Source of the DNA: an uncultured delta proteobacterium
Lineage (GTDB): Bacteria; Desulfobacterota; RBG-13-43-22
Assembly: GCA_963790475.1 (NCBI GenBank)
Contig: CAWBOS010000001.1
Span: 32,001 to 96,000, forward strand
DNA length: 64,000 nucleotides
Direction of reading: 5' to 3'
Positions 19,163-29,010 of the stretch are shown here, in pieces. Under the pieces are notes generated by a model. That model had not been told where the DNA came from. It was given only the letters and a program-made list of their open reading frames with translations, and did no database searches. The translations under genes and the position numbers were made by a program. Position 1 is the stretch's first letter; the number at the start of each line of letters is the position of its first letter.

Positions 19163-20287
19163 ATGGAACAAGAAATCCCGGGAGAACTGAATCCCAGCCC
19201 CCGTATTTTGATGGGACCTGGGCCAAGCAATGTCCACTACCGGGTATTGCGGGCTATGAGCACACCACTGGTTGGACATCTGGACCCCCAATTCCTCACC
19301 ATCATGGACGAAACCTGTGAGATGTTACGGGGTCTTTTTAAGACGAAGAACCGGCTCACCCTGCCCATGTCCGGAACAGGAAGCTCCGGGATGGAGACCT
19401 CCTTCGTCAACTTTATCGAGCCGGGGGACCAGGTCATCATCGGAGTAAATGGCATTTTCGGAGAGCGGATGGTCGATGTCGCCAGCCGCTGCGGCGCCAA
19501 AGTGGTACGTGTGGATCAGGAGTGGGGAAAAGCCATTGAACCTGAACGGATGATACAGGCCTACAAGGCCAATCCAGGTGCGCGACTGTGTGCGGTGGTC
19601 CAGGCCGAGACTTCTACCGGAGCCCGCCAGCCTCTGGAGGAGATTGGGGAATTCTTCAGAAAGAAGGAGGTTCTCTTTCTGGTCGACACGGTGACCTCTC
19701 TGTCGGGGTGCGATGTGAGAGTAGACGAGTGGGGGATCGATATCTGCTACAGCGGCACACAGAAATGTTTAAGTGTCCCTCCCGGACTCTCACCGATTAC
19801 CGTAAGTCCTAAAGCCATGGAGGTGATGCGATCGAGGAAGACCAAGGTCCAGAGCTGGTATCTCGATCTCTCCATGATAGAGCGCTACTGGGGAGAAGAA
19901 CGGTTCTACCACCACACGGCTCCCATATCGATGCTCTATGCCCTTCGGGAAGGATTGAGGATCATTTTTGAGGAAGGGCTGGAGGCCCGATTCGAGCGTC
20001 ATCAGTCATTGGGGGACCGGCTGAAGAGAGAACTGGAGGATCTGGGATTCAGACTGTATGCCCAGGAAGGGTACCGCCTGCCCATGCTCAATTCCGTCTA
20101 CTTTCCTGAAGGGATGGAGGATGCTCCGGTGAGAAAGAGGCTCCTCGACGATTACAACATCGAGGTGGGAGGCGGTCTCGGGCAGGGGAAGGGCAAGATC
20201 TGGCGGGTGGGGCTCATGGGGGAGACCTGCAAGATACAGAATATCACCTACCTCACCGGTGCCCTGAAAGAGATCTTAAAGAAATAA
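19163..20287 (+). CDS. Alanine-glyoxylate/serine-pyruvate aminotransferase (class V PLP)
   Basis: LMGPGPS, GTGSSGME, ETSTG, SGTQKCLSVPPG, YHHTAP, WRVGLMG. Confidence 0.95.
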   Translation: MEQEIPGELNPSPRILMGPGPSNVHYRVLRAMSTPLVGHLDPQFLTIMDETCEMLRGLFKTKNRLTLPMSGTGSSGMETSFVNFIEPGDQVIIGVNGIFGERMVDVASRCGAKVVRVDQEWGKAIEPERMIQAYKANPGARLCAVVQAETSTGARQPLEEIGEFFRKKEVLFLVDTVTSLSGCDVRVDEWGIDICYSGTQKCLSVPPGLSPITVSPKAMEVMRSRKTKVQSWYLDLSMIERYWGEERFYHHTAPISMLYALREGLRIIFEEGLEARFERHQSLGDRLKRELEDLGFRLYAQEGYRLPMLNSVYFPEGMEDAPVRKRLLDDYNIEVGGGLGQGKGKIWRVGLMGETCKIQNITYLTGALKEILKK

Positions 20288-20382
20288 CCCGGACGTTTCA
20301 CGAGATTAGGGATGGGGTTCAATTGGTACTTTTCTCATAGGTTTGATAAATTAATTTCTGATCTCAATCAGGAAAAGGAAAA

Positions 20383-20594
20383 ATGAAAAAGAGAATAGTG
20401 ATTATTTCAATTCCTCGATGATGGTTTATCAGGATAAGACCATCGGGGTCTATCGGAAGATCCACCTTTTCCAGAAAGAAAAAAAATCGGAAATAGAACC
20501 CGATCGGTCTGACAACAAACGGATCAACGAATTCAATGACCTCCTGAAAGACAGGAGGACGGAATTTTACCAGTCCATCTGCGAATCCCAATGA
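20383..20594 (+). pseudogene. Internally deleted carbon-nitrogen hydrolase (nitrilase family) gene
   Basis: ATG AAA, then in a shifted frame EKENSDYFNSS...GVYRKIHLFQKEKK joined directly to SEIEPDRSDNKRINEFNDLLKDRRTEFY...stop; the catalytic Glu and Cys regions are absent. Confidence 0.75.
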
Positions 20595-20655
20595 CCCGGA
20601 TATTTATTAATGGTCTCATAGTAATCTTGACATGAAACGGATGGGCTTGTCTAAC

Positions 20656-20872
20656 AGAGGACCTGGGGGTCTTTTTGGGGGGCTGTCCACCCTGAACCTG
20701 GAACCTTCTTTGACGGGCAAATTATTTAACTAAGTCTGAAGCAGGCCTTCTCCACTGCTGGAAACAGGCTATGGTGTATGCCCTGCTTCGAATCAACGTT
20801 TACTGGACTGGCCGGGATTGGGCGATAAGTTACCCTTTGGACAATCCCCCCAAAAAGACCCCCAGGTCCTCT
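20656..20872. mobile_element. MITE-like element with about 34-bp terminal inverted repeats
   Basis: AGAGGACCTGGGGGTCTTTTTGGGGGGCTGTCCA at 20656-20689 is nearly the reverse complement of 20838-20872. Confidence 0.75.
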
Positions 20873-20907
20873 CATGTTGCTACTATTTTGAGACCCTTAA
20901 TAATTAA

Positions 20908-21097
20908 CAGGTTGCTGAAAAAGGCCCATCAGTCCCGCCAACGGAGGGATTGCCCTCACCTCTCGTCACTGCGGCGTACTTCTATGTACGCCTCATTCCT
21001 CGGGATTTCTTCGCGTAAAAGACAACGCTCAGTCCCATCCCTTCGGGGCGGTTCCCGGTTTCGGGCGCCTGGCATCTGGACCTTTTTGAGCAACCTG
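20908..21097. mobile_element. MITE with nested hairpins
   Basis: TIRs CAGGTTGCTGAAAAAGG / CCTTTTTGAGCAACCTG and internal GGCGTAC...GTACGCC palindrome. Confidence 0.8.
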
Positions 21098-21157
21098 TAA
21101 TAAAAGAATTTTCCAGCAAACTGTTAAGCTCTTCACCAGTAAAAACAGAGGGAAGAA

Positions 21158-22870
21158 ATGATGGACGAAAAAGAGTATCTTGAACATCTGAATCGATTGT
21201 GGGAGAAAAACTGGCCGGTCCACCTGCCCAGAGAACCGATCTATCCCCTGGGTGAAATCCTGTTGACCGACTATTTGCGGGAATGGGCCAGGGTGACCCC
21301 GGATAAGGTTTCTTTGATATTTTATGGAAAAGAGCTGACCTTTAAGGAACTCGATGATCTAAGCAGCCGCTTCGCCGCTTTTTTAGCAGCCCAGGGCCTT
21401 CAAAAGGGAGATCGGGTGGCTGTCTTTCTCCCCAATTGCCCCCAGTTTCTCATCGCCTTTTATGGCATTCTTAAATCAGGCTGCGTTCATGTACCGGTAA
21501 ACCCCATGTTTAAGGAACACGAATTTCAATATGAAATTAATGATACCGAGGCCAAGGCCATCGTGGCTCTCGACCACCTGTTCCCGATTGTTCAGGCGGT
21601 TAAAGATAAAACCAGTCTGCGGGTATTGATGGTCACCCGTTTTTCCGATTGTCTACCCCAAGAGCCCACCATTCCCCTACCGGCGTCCCTCCTGGAACCG
21701 GGAGCGGATTGCCCCGGAGCCATGGATATGATGTCTACCCTGGCTGTACAGGACCCAACCTTTCCGAAAGTGGATGTAAGCCTGGATGATTTGGCCGCGC
21801 TGAATTATACCGGGGGGACTACCGGTCTGCCCAAAGGCTGCGAACATACCCAGAGAGATATGATCTATACCGCCGCCTGCGCCATCGCTACCGGGGCCCG
21901 GGAGGAAGGGCCGGTGGCCAACCCGGTGAGCCTGGGTTACTTTCCGGTCTTCTGGATCGCCGGAGAGATCGGAGGGGTTATTGCCCCGGTCTTTTCCGGA
22001 ACGACCCTGGTTCAACTGGCCCGTTGGGATATTGAGGCAGCCATCATGGCCATAGACCGATATAAGGTGACCACCATGAGCGGGGTGGTCGATAATTATC
22101 TGGAAATCATGGAATACCCCGATCTGGAAAAATATGACCTTACCTCGATTAAAACCGCGGGATGCTCTTCCTTTATTAAAAAATTAACCCCCGAATACCG
22201 CCGGCGGTGGAGGGAGTTGACCGGGAGCATTTTAAAAGAATCCTCCTATGGGATGACCGAGACCCATACCGTAGATACCTTTACCAACGGGATGCAAACC
22301 GATGATCTGGATCTGAAATCAAAACCGGTATTCTGCGGTTTGCCCATGCCCGGCACCTTTTTCAAGATCGTTGATTTTGAAACGGGAAACCTGGTGCCCC
22401 TGGGACAGGAGGGTGAAATCGTCATTAAGACCCCCTCCCTGATGAAGGCCTACTGGAAGAGGCCCGAAGAAACGGAAAAGTCGATCAAGAAGGGCTGGCT
22501 GTACACCGGCGACATAGGCCTGCTGGATGAAGAAGGCTATCTCCATTTCCTGGGCAGGCGCAAGGAAATGCTTAAGATGAGAGGCATGAGCGTTTTCCCC
22601 TCTGAAATCGAAACCCTTCTGGGAAGGCATCCGGCGGTGGCCGGCAGCGCCGTTATCGGGAAATCCGATCCGGAAAAGGGGGAGGTGCCCACGGCCTTTA
22701 TTAAAATAACCCCGGCTTATGAAGGTAAAATATCGGCACCGGAATTAACGGAATGGTGCCGGAAGAATATGGCTACTTATAAAGTACCGGTTATCCGGAT
22801 TATAAAAGAGTTCCCTTTAACCGCCACCGGGAAGATAAAAAAGGAGGAACTCAGGGAAAAACTGGAATAA
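21158..22870 (+). CDS. Long-chain acyl-CoA synthetase (AMP-binding)
   Basis: YTGGTTGLPKG, YGMTET, TGDIG, GRRKEM, TATGKIKK. Confidence 0.95.
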   Translation: MMDEKEYLEHLNRLWEKNWPVHLPREPIYPLGEILLTDYLREWARVTPDKVSLIFYGKELTFKELDDLSSRFAAFLAAQGLQKGDRVAVFLPNCPQFLIAFYGILKSGCVHVPVNPMFKEHEFQYEINDTEAKAIVALDHLFPIVQAVKDKTSLRVLMVTRFSDCLPQEPTIPLPASLLEPGADCPGAMDMMSTLAVQDPTFPKVDVSLDDLAALNYTGGTTGLPKGCEHTQRDMIYTAACAIATGAREEGPVANPVSLGYFPVFWIAGEIGGVIAPVFSGTTLVQLARWDIEAAIMAIDRYKVTTMSGVVDNYLEIMEYPDLEKYDLTSIKTAGCSSFIKKLTPEYRRRWRELTGSILKESSYGMTETHTVDTFTNGMQTDDLDLKSKPVFCGLPMPGTFFKIVDFETGNLVPLGQEGEIVIKTPSLMKAYWKRPEETEKSIKKGWLYTGDIGLLDEEGYLHFLGRRKEMLKMRGMSVFPSEIETLLGRHPAVAGSAVIGKSDPEKGEVPTAFIKITPAYEGKISAPELTEWCRKNMATYKVPVIRIIKEFPLTATGKIKKEELREKLE

Positions 22871-22935
22871 ATATCTCTAGTCCCCCTTTTCTTTGTCCTT
22901 AAAAATTCAAAGGATTGGGTCAAACCTAGGGTGAC

Positions 22936-23037
22936 CTACCATGATGTTGGCCAGTTCGGATGCCAGGGTTTTTCCAATTCTAAGGCACGCGCTGCCTGAA
23001 GCACAAGGTCTTCCCGATACCGGGGACCCACCTGAAA
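22936..23037 (-). pseudogene. C-terminal remnant of an amidase-signature gene
   Basis: FQVGPRYREDLVLQAARALELEKPWHPNWPTSW-stop; compare the intact amidase end at 44711 (QFIGPFGEEALLFRLAAQLEKARPW). Confidence 0.7.
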
Positions 23038-23048
23038 TAAAGGTTTCC

Positions 23049-24116
23049 CTAGGCTTTCAGATCTATATAATCGCAAAGCGCCTTTTCGAAATTCAGGAGC
23101 GCAGGAATTTCGATCGATTCTCCCTGGCCATGATAGTTCCGGCCGGATCCGGTACCGGTAATAATGACCAGTGATTCATAGGGAGCAAAGTTATGCGCGT
23201 CGGTCGCGCCGTGTATGCTGGTGAACTTCAATCTGGTTTTCAGCGAATGCTCCATGATCTTTTTGAACTCCTGAATCTCTTTCTGTTCAGGGTCGGTGCT
23301 GTAGCATGGGTGATATCCCAGGACCTCGACTCCATCTACTCCCTTGATCGACTTGATGGCCCTGATGAACTTTTGGTGATCGCCCTTTTCGGTAAGCCGG
23401 ATATTTAGGTGCATCTCGGCATAATCGGCAATCTTGTTTATGACGTCGCCCCCCCGGATGATTCCCAGATTAACCGTTTCTTTCCAGCGATTTTTGGCAG
23501 TCGTGGCCGGAAAGAGCTTTTTAATATGTCCATATACCGCCAGAAGCTTTTCGTTGGCATTGATACCCCACCAGGGCATAGAACCATGTCCGCTCTTTCC
23601 CCGGCAGACTACCTTAAGGTTCAGAATACCCTTTTGCCGGTAGATGATGGCCAGATCCGTATCCAGCATAATCACTTTCTTTCCGTTAAATCCCTTGGAG
23701 AGAAGGAGACTGGTGGTTGCGCCGCCGATCTCTTCATCGGTGGTAAAGAAGGCCCCCACCGATTTCCCTTTTTGAGCGGCATGAATCAGCGCCTGAATAG
23801 CGATGGTCACATGATTTTTGCAGTCACTGGCACCGCGTCCGAAAAGTTTTTGCCCTTTAACAAAGGGTTTGAACTGATCGGCGTCTCCTTCCACCACATC
23901 GAGGTGCGGCACAAGCAGAATCTCAGGCCGTTTGTTTTTTTTGGTGCAGGCGAACATGACCGGACGGTTGGGGCCTTTGAGGGTCAGCCGTTGAATCCAA
24001 ATCCCCTGCGGTTTGAGAATTCTTTCAATAAAGTTCAACGCTGCCTCAAGTTCGTTGATACGATCGGCGGTAGTCCGGAAGGCGATCAGTTTTTTTAACA
24101 ATGAGATGGAATCCAT
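23049..24116 (-). CDS. M20 metallopeptidase (ArgE/DapE-like)
   Basis: HLDVV, GRGASDCK, DEEIGG, GKSGHGSMPW, GATDA, YHGQGE; likely start ATG 24116. Confidence 0.9.
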   Translation of the reverse strand: MDSISLLKKLIAFRTTADRINELEAALNFIERILKPQGIWIQRLTLKGPNRPVMFACTKKNKRPEILLVPHLDVVEGDADQFKPFVKGQKLFGRGASDCKNHVTIAIQALIHAAQKGKSVGAFFTTDEEIGGATTSLLLSKGFNGKKVIMLDTDLAIIYRQKGILNLKVVCRGKSGHGSMPWWGINANEKLLAVYGHIKKLFPATTAKNRWKETVNLGIIRGGDVINKIADYAEMHLNIRLTEKGDHQKFIRAIKSIKGVDGVEVLGYHPCYSTDPEQKEIQEFKKIMEHSLKTRLKFTSIHGATDAHNFAPYESLVIITGTGSGRNYHGQGESIEIPALLNFEKALCDYIDLKA

Positions 24117-24240
24117 TTCCCTACCTTTCCCCGGTTGAGTGGCTGAGACGTTAACGATCAGATGATGAGATGGATTTTCCGGCGGAAGGTTCAATGAAAA
24201 ATTGCGCCGGGTTTGATCAACCTTTTATTTTATTAGGAAG

Positions 24241-24269
24241 AGTATAAAGCAAGAAAAAGACCGGATCAA
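24241..24269 (-). promoter_or_regulatory. Sigma70-like promoter, module A copy
   Basis: TTGATC-CGGTCTTTTTCTTGCTT(17)-TATACT. Confidence 0.7.
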
Positions 24270-24285
24270 GAAGGAAAAAAGTTTT

Positions 24286-24380
24286 TAGGGGCGTTGTTTC
24301 TGAATTGACTTGATAAATCGTCCAAGGGGGGATAAGATTAAAACCTGTCCAGAAAGGCACGGCCTGATCCCCGAGTGCCC
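24286..24380 (+). promoter_or_regulatory. Intergenic module B copy, back-to-back with module A
   Basis: TTGATA-N17-TAAGAT; similar to 17792-17886. Confidence 0.65.
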
Positions 24381-24454
24381 TCGCACTACGCCCCAGGGCG
24401 CGAGGGATCGAGGGGGACAATTGGGGTCAGGTCCTGGTAAGGGAGTAAGGAAAA

Positions 24455-24909
24455 GTGACCAATAACCGCAGGCCGACTTGGTGGTCATTGCCGGCGATCT
24501 GTTCGACAGCCAGAGGGTCAAAGATGATCTGATGTCCTACAATGACGAGATTACGCCCCTGGAGGGCATTCCCCGGCCTGAGGGCAATGGGAACTGGAAT
24601 GTCGCGGTAGCGCACGGTTTTTATATCGGCGACGATCCGCCCTATTCTCCAAGCTATCAAATCACACACCGGGAGATTGTCGAGTCCGGCTGGGATTATA
24701 TCGCCCTGGGCCACGTACCGGTTTTTAATGTCATCTGTGATGAACCGGTGCTGGCCTGTTATAGTGGTTCACCGCAGGCCGGCGGAGGATTCTTAATCGT
24801 CGAATTATGCCAAGAGACAGGAATAAAACTGTGCCGTATTCCGCAGTGGACTGAGTCGGGGCCGGATCAGGTCAGGGGATTGCTTCTCGGGGAAGAGGTG
24901 GAACCGTGA
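24455..24909 (+). pseudogene. Internally deleted SbcD/Mre11-like metallophosphoesterase gene
   Basis: Keeps ADLVVIAGDLFD, VAHG and DYIALGH but lacks the DxH and GNHD motifs. Confidence 0.75.
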
Positions 24910-26366
24910 AGGAGAAAGTGCGGAAAAAAGCCTGGTCAAACTTTTTATTCGCTACGGCATTGGTGCTGCTTCTGGCTGGAATTTCCCGTGCTCAATCGCT
25001 TATTCTGACTGTGGACGGATCACGGACCATCGGCTCCATCCGCTCTTTCCAGGGGTTAAACTGCGGTCCGGCTTCTTTTATGCCCGGCTTGGCCGATGTC
25101 AGCCGCCAGTATCAAGAATTGGGAATCGATTTGGTTCGGGTCCATGATTTTTTCGGACCGGGAGATATTGACGCCCAATGGGAGGAACCATTGGACCCCA
25201 TCTCCCGATGGGTGAAGGCGGATGGGACAAAGTCGATTTTTCCTGTCTGGGAAGCTGATCCTGAAAAAGAATCGAGTTATAACTTCGGCCCGACGGATCG
25301 AATCGTCCGGGCCATCGTGGCCTGTGGGGCAGAGGTTTATTTTCGTCTGGGTCGAAGCTGGGGCGCAAAGGCTCTGCCGCCTTCCGATATGGCTAAATTT
25401 GCCAACGTATGCAAGCACGTCGTCATGCATTACAACGGAGAATGGGCCCTGGGTTACCGATACAATATCCGCTATTGGGAAGTTTGGAACGAACCGGATC
25501 TTAAAGTGGAATGGGCCCCGAATTTCATCAGGCCTTTTTGGACAGGTACCCCCAGGCAATTCTACGAACTGTATGAGCAGGTGGCCAGGGCCATTAAGGG
25601 GTATGACGGCAACCTGAAAGTGGGCGGTCCGGCCAAGGCGCGACCTGAATTGGCTGATCCCTATCGGGAGGGGTTTCTTCAATATTGTGCCGGACGAAAG
25701 GTTCCCTTGGATTTTTACTCTTGGCATCTTTATCAGAACGGACCATCACCGCAACCTTACCTGTTTATTCCGACGGCCCGGTCCATCCGCGCTTTGCTGG
25801 ACGAGTATGGTTTCCATAAGGCGGAGAGTATTCTAAGCGAATGGAACATGACCGTTGATGTGGCCGGCACAGGGTCCAGTGGGCAAAACACCATGAAGAA
25901 CGCAGCCTTTGTATCAGCGGCGATGACTTATTTTCAGGATGGGCCGATTGATCGCGCTTTATTTTATCGGGGAGACCCGACCGTCATGGGGCTGTTCGAG
26001 CCCGGCGGGCAATACGGGAAAAAAGCCTATGCCTTTAAGTTTTTGGGAGAGATGCAGAATACGCCCCAGAGGCTGGCGGTGAGCGGGGGGGATAAGGATG
26101 GGTTGGCCGTGTTGGCCGGAAAATCGGTTGACGGCCGAGTCGTCCGGGTGGTCCTCACCCGGTACAACGGTCGTACTGCTGCTGAATATAAGTTGACTGT
26201 GCTGCATCTGCCTTGGGGAGAGGGTGATTTCGAAATCAGGCGCAATACCATTTCGGGCGGACCGTCATCAGCGGCGGAACCGCAAATAGGCCGAGGTGGA
26301 AGATTTGAAGTCAACGGCCGACTTCCGGTGAACAGTGTGGAGATGTTTGTTTTGCGAAAACAATGA
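24906..26366 (+). CDS. Secreted glycoside hydrolase, GH39-like (clan GH-A)
   Basis: Signal peptide, VRVHD, YWEVWNEPD acid/base, LDFYSWH, ILSEWN nucleophile. Confidence 0.85.
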   Translation: MKEKVRKKAWSNFLFATALVLLLAGISRAQSLILTVDGSRTIGSIRSFQGLNCGPASFMPGLADVSRQYQELGIDLVRVHDFFGPGDIDAQWEEPLDPISRWVKADGTKSIFPVWEADPEKESSYNFGPTDRIVRAIVACGAEVYFRLGRSWGAKALPPSDMAKFANVCKHVVMHYNGEWALGYRYNIRYWEVWNEPDLKVEWAPNFIRPFWTGTPRQFYELYEQVARAIKGYDGNLKVGGPAKARPELADPYREGFLQYCAGRKVPLDFYSWHLYQNGPSPQPYLFIPTARSIRALLDEYGFHKAESILSEWNMTVDVAGTGSSGQNTMKNAAFVSAAMTYFQDGPIDRALFYRGDPTVMGLFEPGGQYGKKAYAFKFLGEMQNTPQRLAVSGGDKDGLAVLAGKSVDGRVVRVVLTRYNGRTAAEYKLTVLHLPWGEGDFEIRRNTISGGPSSAAEPQIGRGGRFEVNGRLPVNSVEMFVLRKQ

Positions 26367-26496
26367 AGGCAAAATCAGAATGGGGGGACTCGTCGAATTA
26401 ATGGTAATTGAAACGGGGTCGAGGCACGATAACCAATTGATCTACCTAACCGAGGCCAGGGGATCAGGTCTGGAAATATCATTATGAGGATGATAA

Positions 26497-26880
26497 ATGA
26501 CGACGGAGGATTCAGAAAAAAGGAAATTTAAAAGAGGGCCATTACTCCTTCCTATTATCTATACCATGCAGGCAATATCAAAGGAGGGCTACATTACAAA
26601 TTTAAGTGCGGGGGGGTGCCGTCTCTACTGCTACTCTCCTGTTCCGGTAAAAGCAGGTGAGTCGATTGAAATTTTCCTCAATCTTAGAAACTCGCCGGAT
26701 AATGTCAGCTTGAAAGCGAAAATATTAAGAGTTAATCGATTCAATTATAACCCGGACCTTAGAAGCAAAGAAGAAATTAATTATGAATTAGGCGTTAAGT
26801 TTTTAAGTGTAGATGAAAGGCAGAAAGAAATAATAGAGAACTATACCAGAATGGTTCTCGGAAGAATGAAGCAGGGGTAG
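26497..26880 (+). CDS. PilZ-domain (c-di-GMP-binding) protein
   Basis: KRKFKR and NLSAGG motifs, GVKF. Confidence 0.88.
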   Translation: MTTEDSEKRKFKRGPLLLPIIYTMQAISKEGYITNLSAGGCRLYCYSPVPVKAGESIEIFLNLRNSPDNVSLKAKILRVNRFNYNPDLRSKEEINYELGVKFLSVDERQKEIIENYTRMVLGRMKQG

Positions 26881-27052
26881 TCGGCCGTGTATAATCCGGG
26901 TTATTTGAAGACCCAACTCAACTTCCCATTTTTCACTTTCCCCCGAGGGAGGCAAGACTATGGAGGAATTTGATCAGCCCCATGTCTCAAAAGAGAGATG
27001 ATGTTTTCGTTTTAAACGGATCCTGAGGGTAGGAAGGATCAGGGGAGGGTCC

Positions 27053-27247
27053 ATGAAAAAGAGAAAGCAACAGGATCATAATCCTTCCGGCCCGCCGGCG
27101 TACTACAACGGGACTCCCCAGTCTGTTGAATGGATTCTGGAACAATACAGGGAAACACAGGTGGAAAAACGTTTTTTTGAAAAATATTCCTATCTGCCCC
27201 GAGAGAGCTTCCATGCCATTTTGTTCGTATTGGGACGTCTCAGGTAA
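27053..27247 (+). CDS. Small hypothetical protein or gene remnant
   Basis: GGAGGG RBS before the ATG; no recognised motif. Confidence 0.3.
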   Translation: MKKRKQQDHNPSGPPAYYNGTPQSVEWILEQYRETQVEKRFFEKYSYLPRESFHAILFVLGRLR

Positions 27248-27290
27248 ATCGGGGTGTTAACCGCCAGGTTTGGAGGCCAAGGGATCTCGA

Positions 27291-27629
27291 ATGCCCATTT
27301 ATGAGTATGAGTGCCAATCTTGCCGTCGGCTGGTCAGCGCCCTGATCCTCAAAAAAGAGGAGGAGAAGGATGTTCAGTGTCCGCACTGCGGCGGGGACCG
27401 GCTGACCCGGGTGCTGTCCCGTTTCGCTCTGCACAAGACCGAGGGGCAACGCCTTCAGGACTTCGACGCGCACGCGCCACGGTCCGATGCCTTTTACCAT
27501 GATCGCCGCAACATCGGGTTGTGGGCCAAGAAGCGTGCGGGGGAGCTTGGCGTGGACCTGGGCACCCAATACGACGAGGTGGTGGAAAAAGCGCGGACGG
27601 CGCGCACTCCCGAGGACCTCGATCTCTAA
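27291..27629 (+). CDS. FmdB-family zinc-ribbon protein
   Basis: MPIYEYECQSC...CPHCG...LSRF. Confidence 0.9.
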   Translation: MPIYEYECQSCRRLVSALILKKEEEKDVQCPHCGGDRLTRVLSRFALHKTEGQRLQDFDAHAPRSDAFYHDRRNIGLWAKKRAGELGVDLGTQYDEVVEKARTARTPEDLDL

Positions 27630-27709
27630 GCCGGAGGAACGCCTGAACGGGCCGCAGGGGCCTGTTCTTCATTTTGTTAATTTAAAAAGGATTGAGAAAG
27701 GAGCACATC

Positions 27710-28945
27710 ATGGGTATTGCCGAACTGAACCTTGATTTGACTGAAGAGCAAAAGGCCCTCCGGGATTCGTCCCGGAAGTTTTTCATGGAAGTCTGGAGGC
27801 CGGCCGCCATCGCCCTGGACAAGATGCCCCGGCCCGAGGACGTGGTGGCCAAGGGATCCATCTTTTGGGACGTGCTGAAAAAAACCTACGAACTGGGGTA
27901 CCAGCGCATGGCCTTTCCCCAACTGGTGGGCGGAATGGAACTGGACCCGCTTTCCATAGCTTTGGTCACCGAGGCGATGGGCTATGCCTCCCCCGGCCTG
28001 GCTGTGGCCTGGGGAGTCTGCACTACCCCCTATAACTACGCCATGCTCTCGACGGACCCGGCTGTGCAGGCCTGGGCCGTGGCCTTCTGCCAGGACACCC
28101 AGGCCAAGATGACCGGCTGCTGGGCCATCACCGAACCGGATCATGGCTCGGACTGGCTGCTCCTGGACGACGAGATGAGCTCAAACCCGGCCTGCTCCCC
28201 CCAGGTGCGGGCGACGCTCCAGGGCGACGAATACGTCATCAATGGCCAGAAAGCGGCCTGGGTCAGCATGGGCACGGTAGCCACCCACGCCGCCCTGTTC
28301 GTCAACCTGGACCCGGCCAAGGGCCCGGGCGCCGGGGGCATCGCCGCCATCCCCCTGGACCTGCCTGGTATCTCGCGCGGCAAGCCTTTGGACAAGATCG
28401 GGCAGCGCGACCTGAATCAGGGCGAAATCTTTTTCGATAACGTGCGCATTCCCAAGTCCATGATGGTCGTCTCCGATCCGGAGATGTACAAGGTCATGAT
28501 CGACATGCAGCTTACCGGAGCCAATGGCTGGATGGGCGTCTGCTTCACCGGTTGCGCCCATTCGGCCTACGACGAGGCGCTTAACTATGCCCGGCAGCGT
28601 GTCCAGGGTGGACGCCCCATCATTGAGCATCAGAACATCAAGCTCAAACTGTTCGAGATGTTCACCGCCGTTGAGGCCTCGCGGTCCCTGTCCCGGCGGT
28701 CTATGATCTATAACAGCACCCTGTCCAAGGCCCTGCAGCCTCCGGCCGTCGAGTACGCTATTGCCTCTAAGATTTTCGGAACCGAGACCGCTTTCCGCAC
28801 CGCCAGTCAGGCCATTCAGATTTTCGGCGGGAACGGTCTGACCAGGGAGTATGTCATCGAAAAAATATTCCGTGATGCCCGGGCGGCGATGATCGAGGAC
28901 GGGGTGAACGAGACCCTGGCCCTGGGCGGGGCCAGCCGGCTGTAA
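27710..28945 (+). CDS. Acyl-CoA dehydrogenase
   Basis: WAITEPDHGSD, NGQK, FDNVRIP, RVQGG, QIFGGNG, IEDG; start behind AAAGGAG. Confidence 0.93.
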   Translation: MGIAELNLDLTEEQKALRDSSRKFFMEVWRPAAIALDKMPRPEDVVAKGSIFWDVLKKTYELGYQRMAFPQLVGGMELDPLSIALVTEAMGYASPGLAVAWGVCTTPYNYAMLSTDPAVQAWAVAFCQDTQAKMTGCWAITEPDHGSDWLLLDDEMSSNPACSPQVRATLQGDEYVINGQKAAWVSMGTVATHAALFVNLDPAKGPGAGGIAAIPLDLPGISRGKPLDKIGQRDLNQGEIFFDNVRIPKSMMVVSDPEMYKVMIDMQLTGANGWMGVCFTGCAHSAYDEALNYARQRVQGGRPIIEHQNIKLKLFEMFTAVEASRSLSRRSMIYNSTLSKALQPPAVEYAIASKIFGTETAFRTASQAIQIFGGNGLTREYVIEKIFRDARAAMIEDGVNETLALGGASRL

Positions 28946-29010
28946 TGATCTGGAAAGGAATGAACTATATACATCAATCCTGACTCAACGCCCCCTCCTT
29001 CGAGAGCTCA

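Noticed and set aside
24422-26480. GGGGTCAGGTC-type motifs (24422, 26459, inverted at 62807) as a RAYT/REP system
   Set aside because: Only isolated short half-sites; no RAYT gene in the window.
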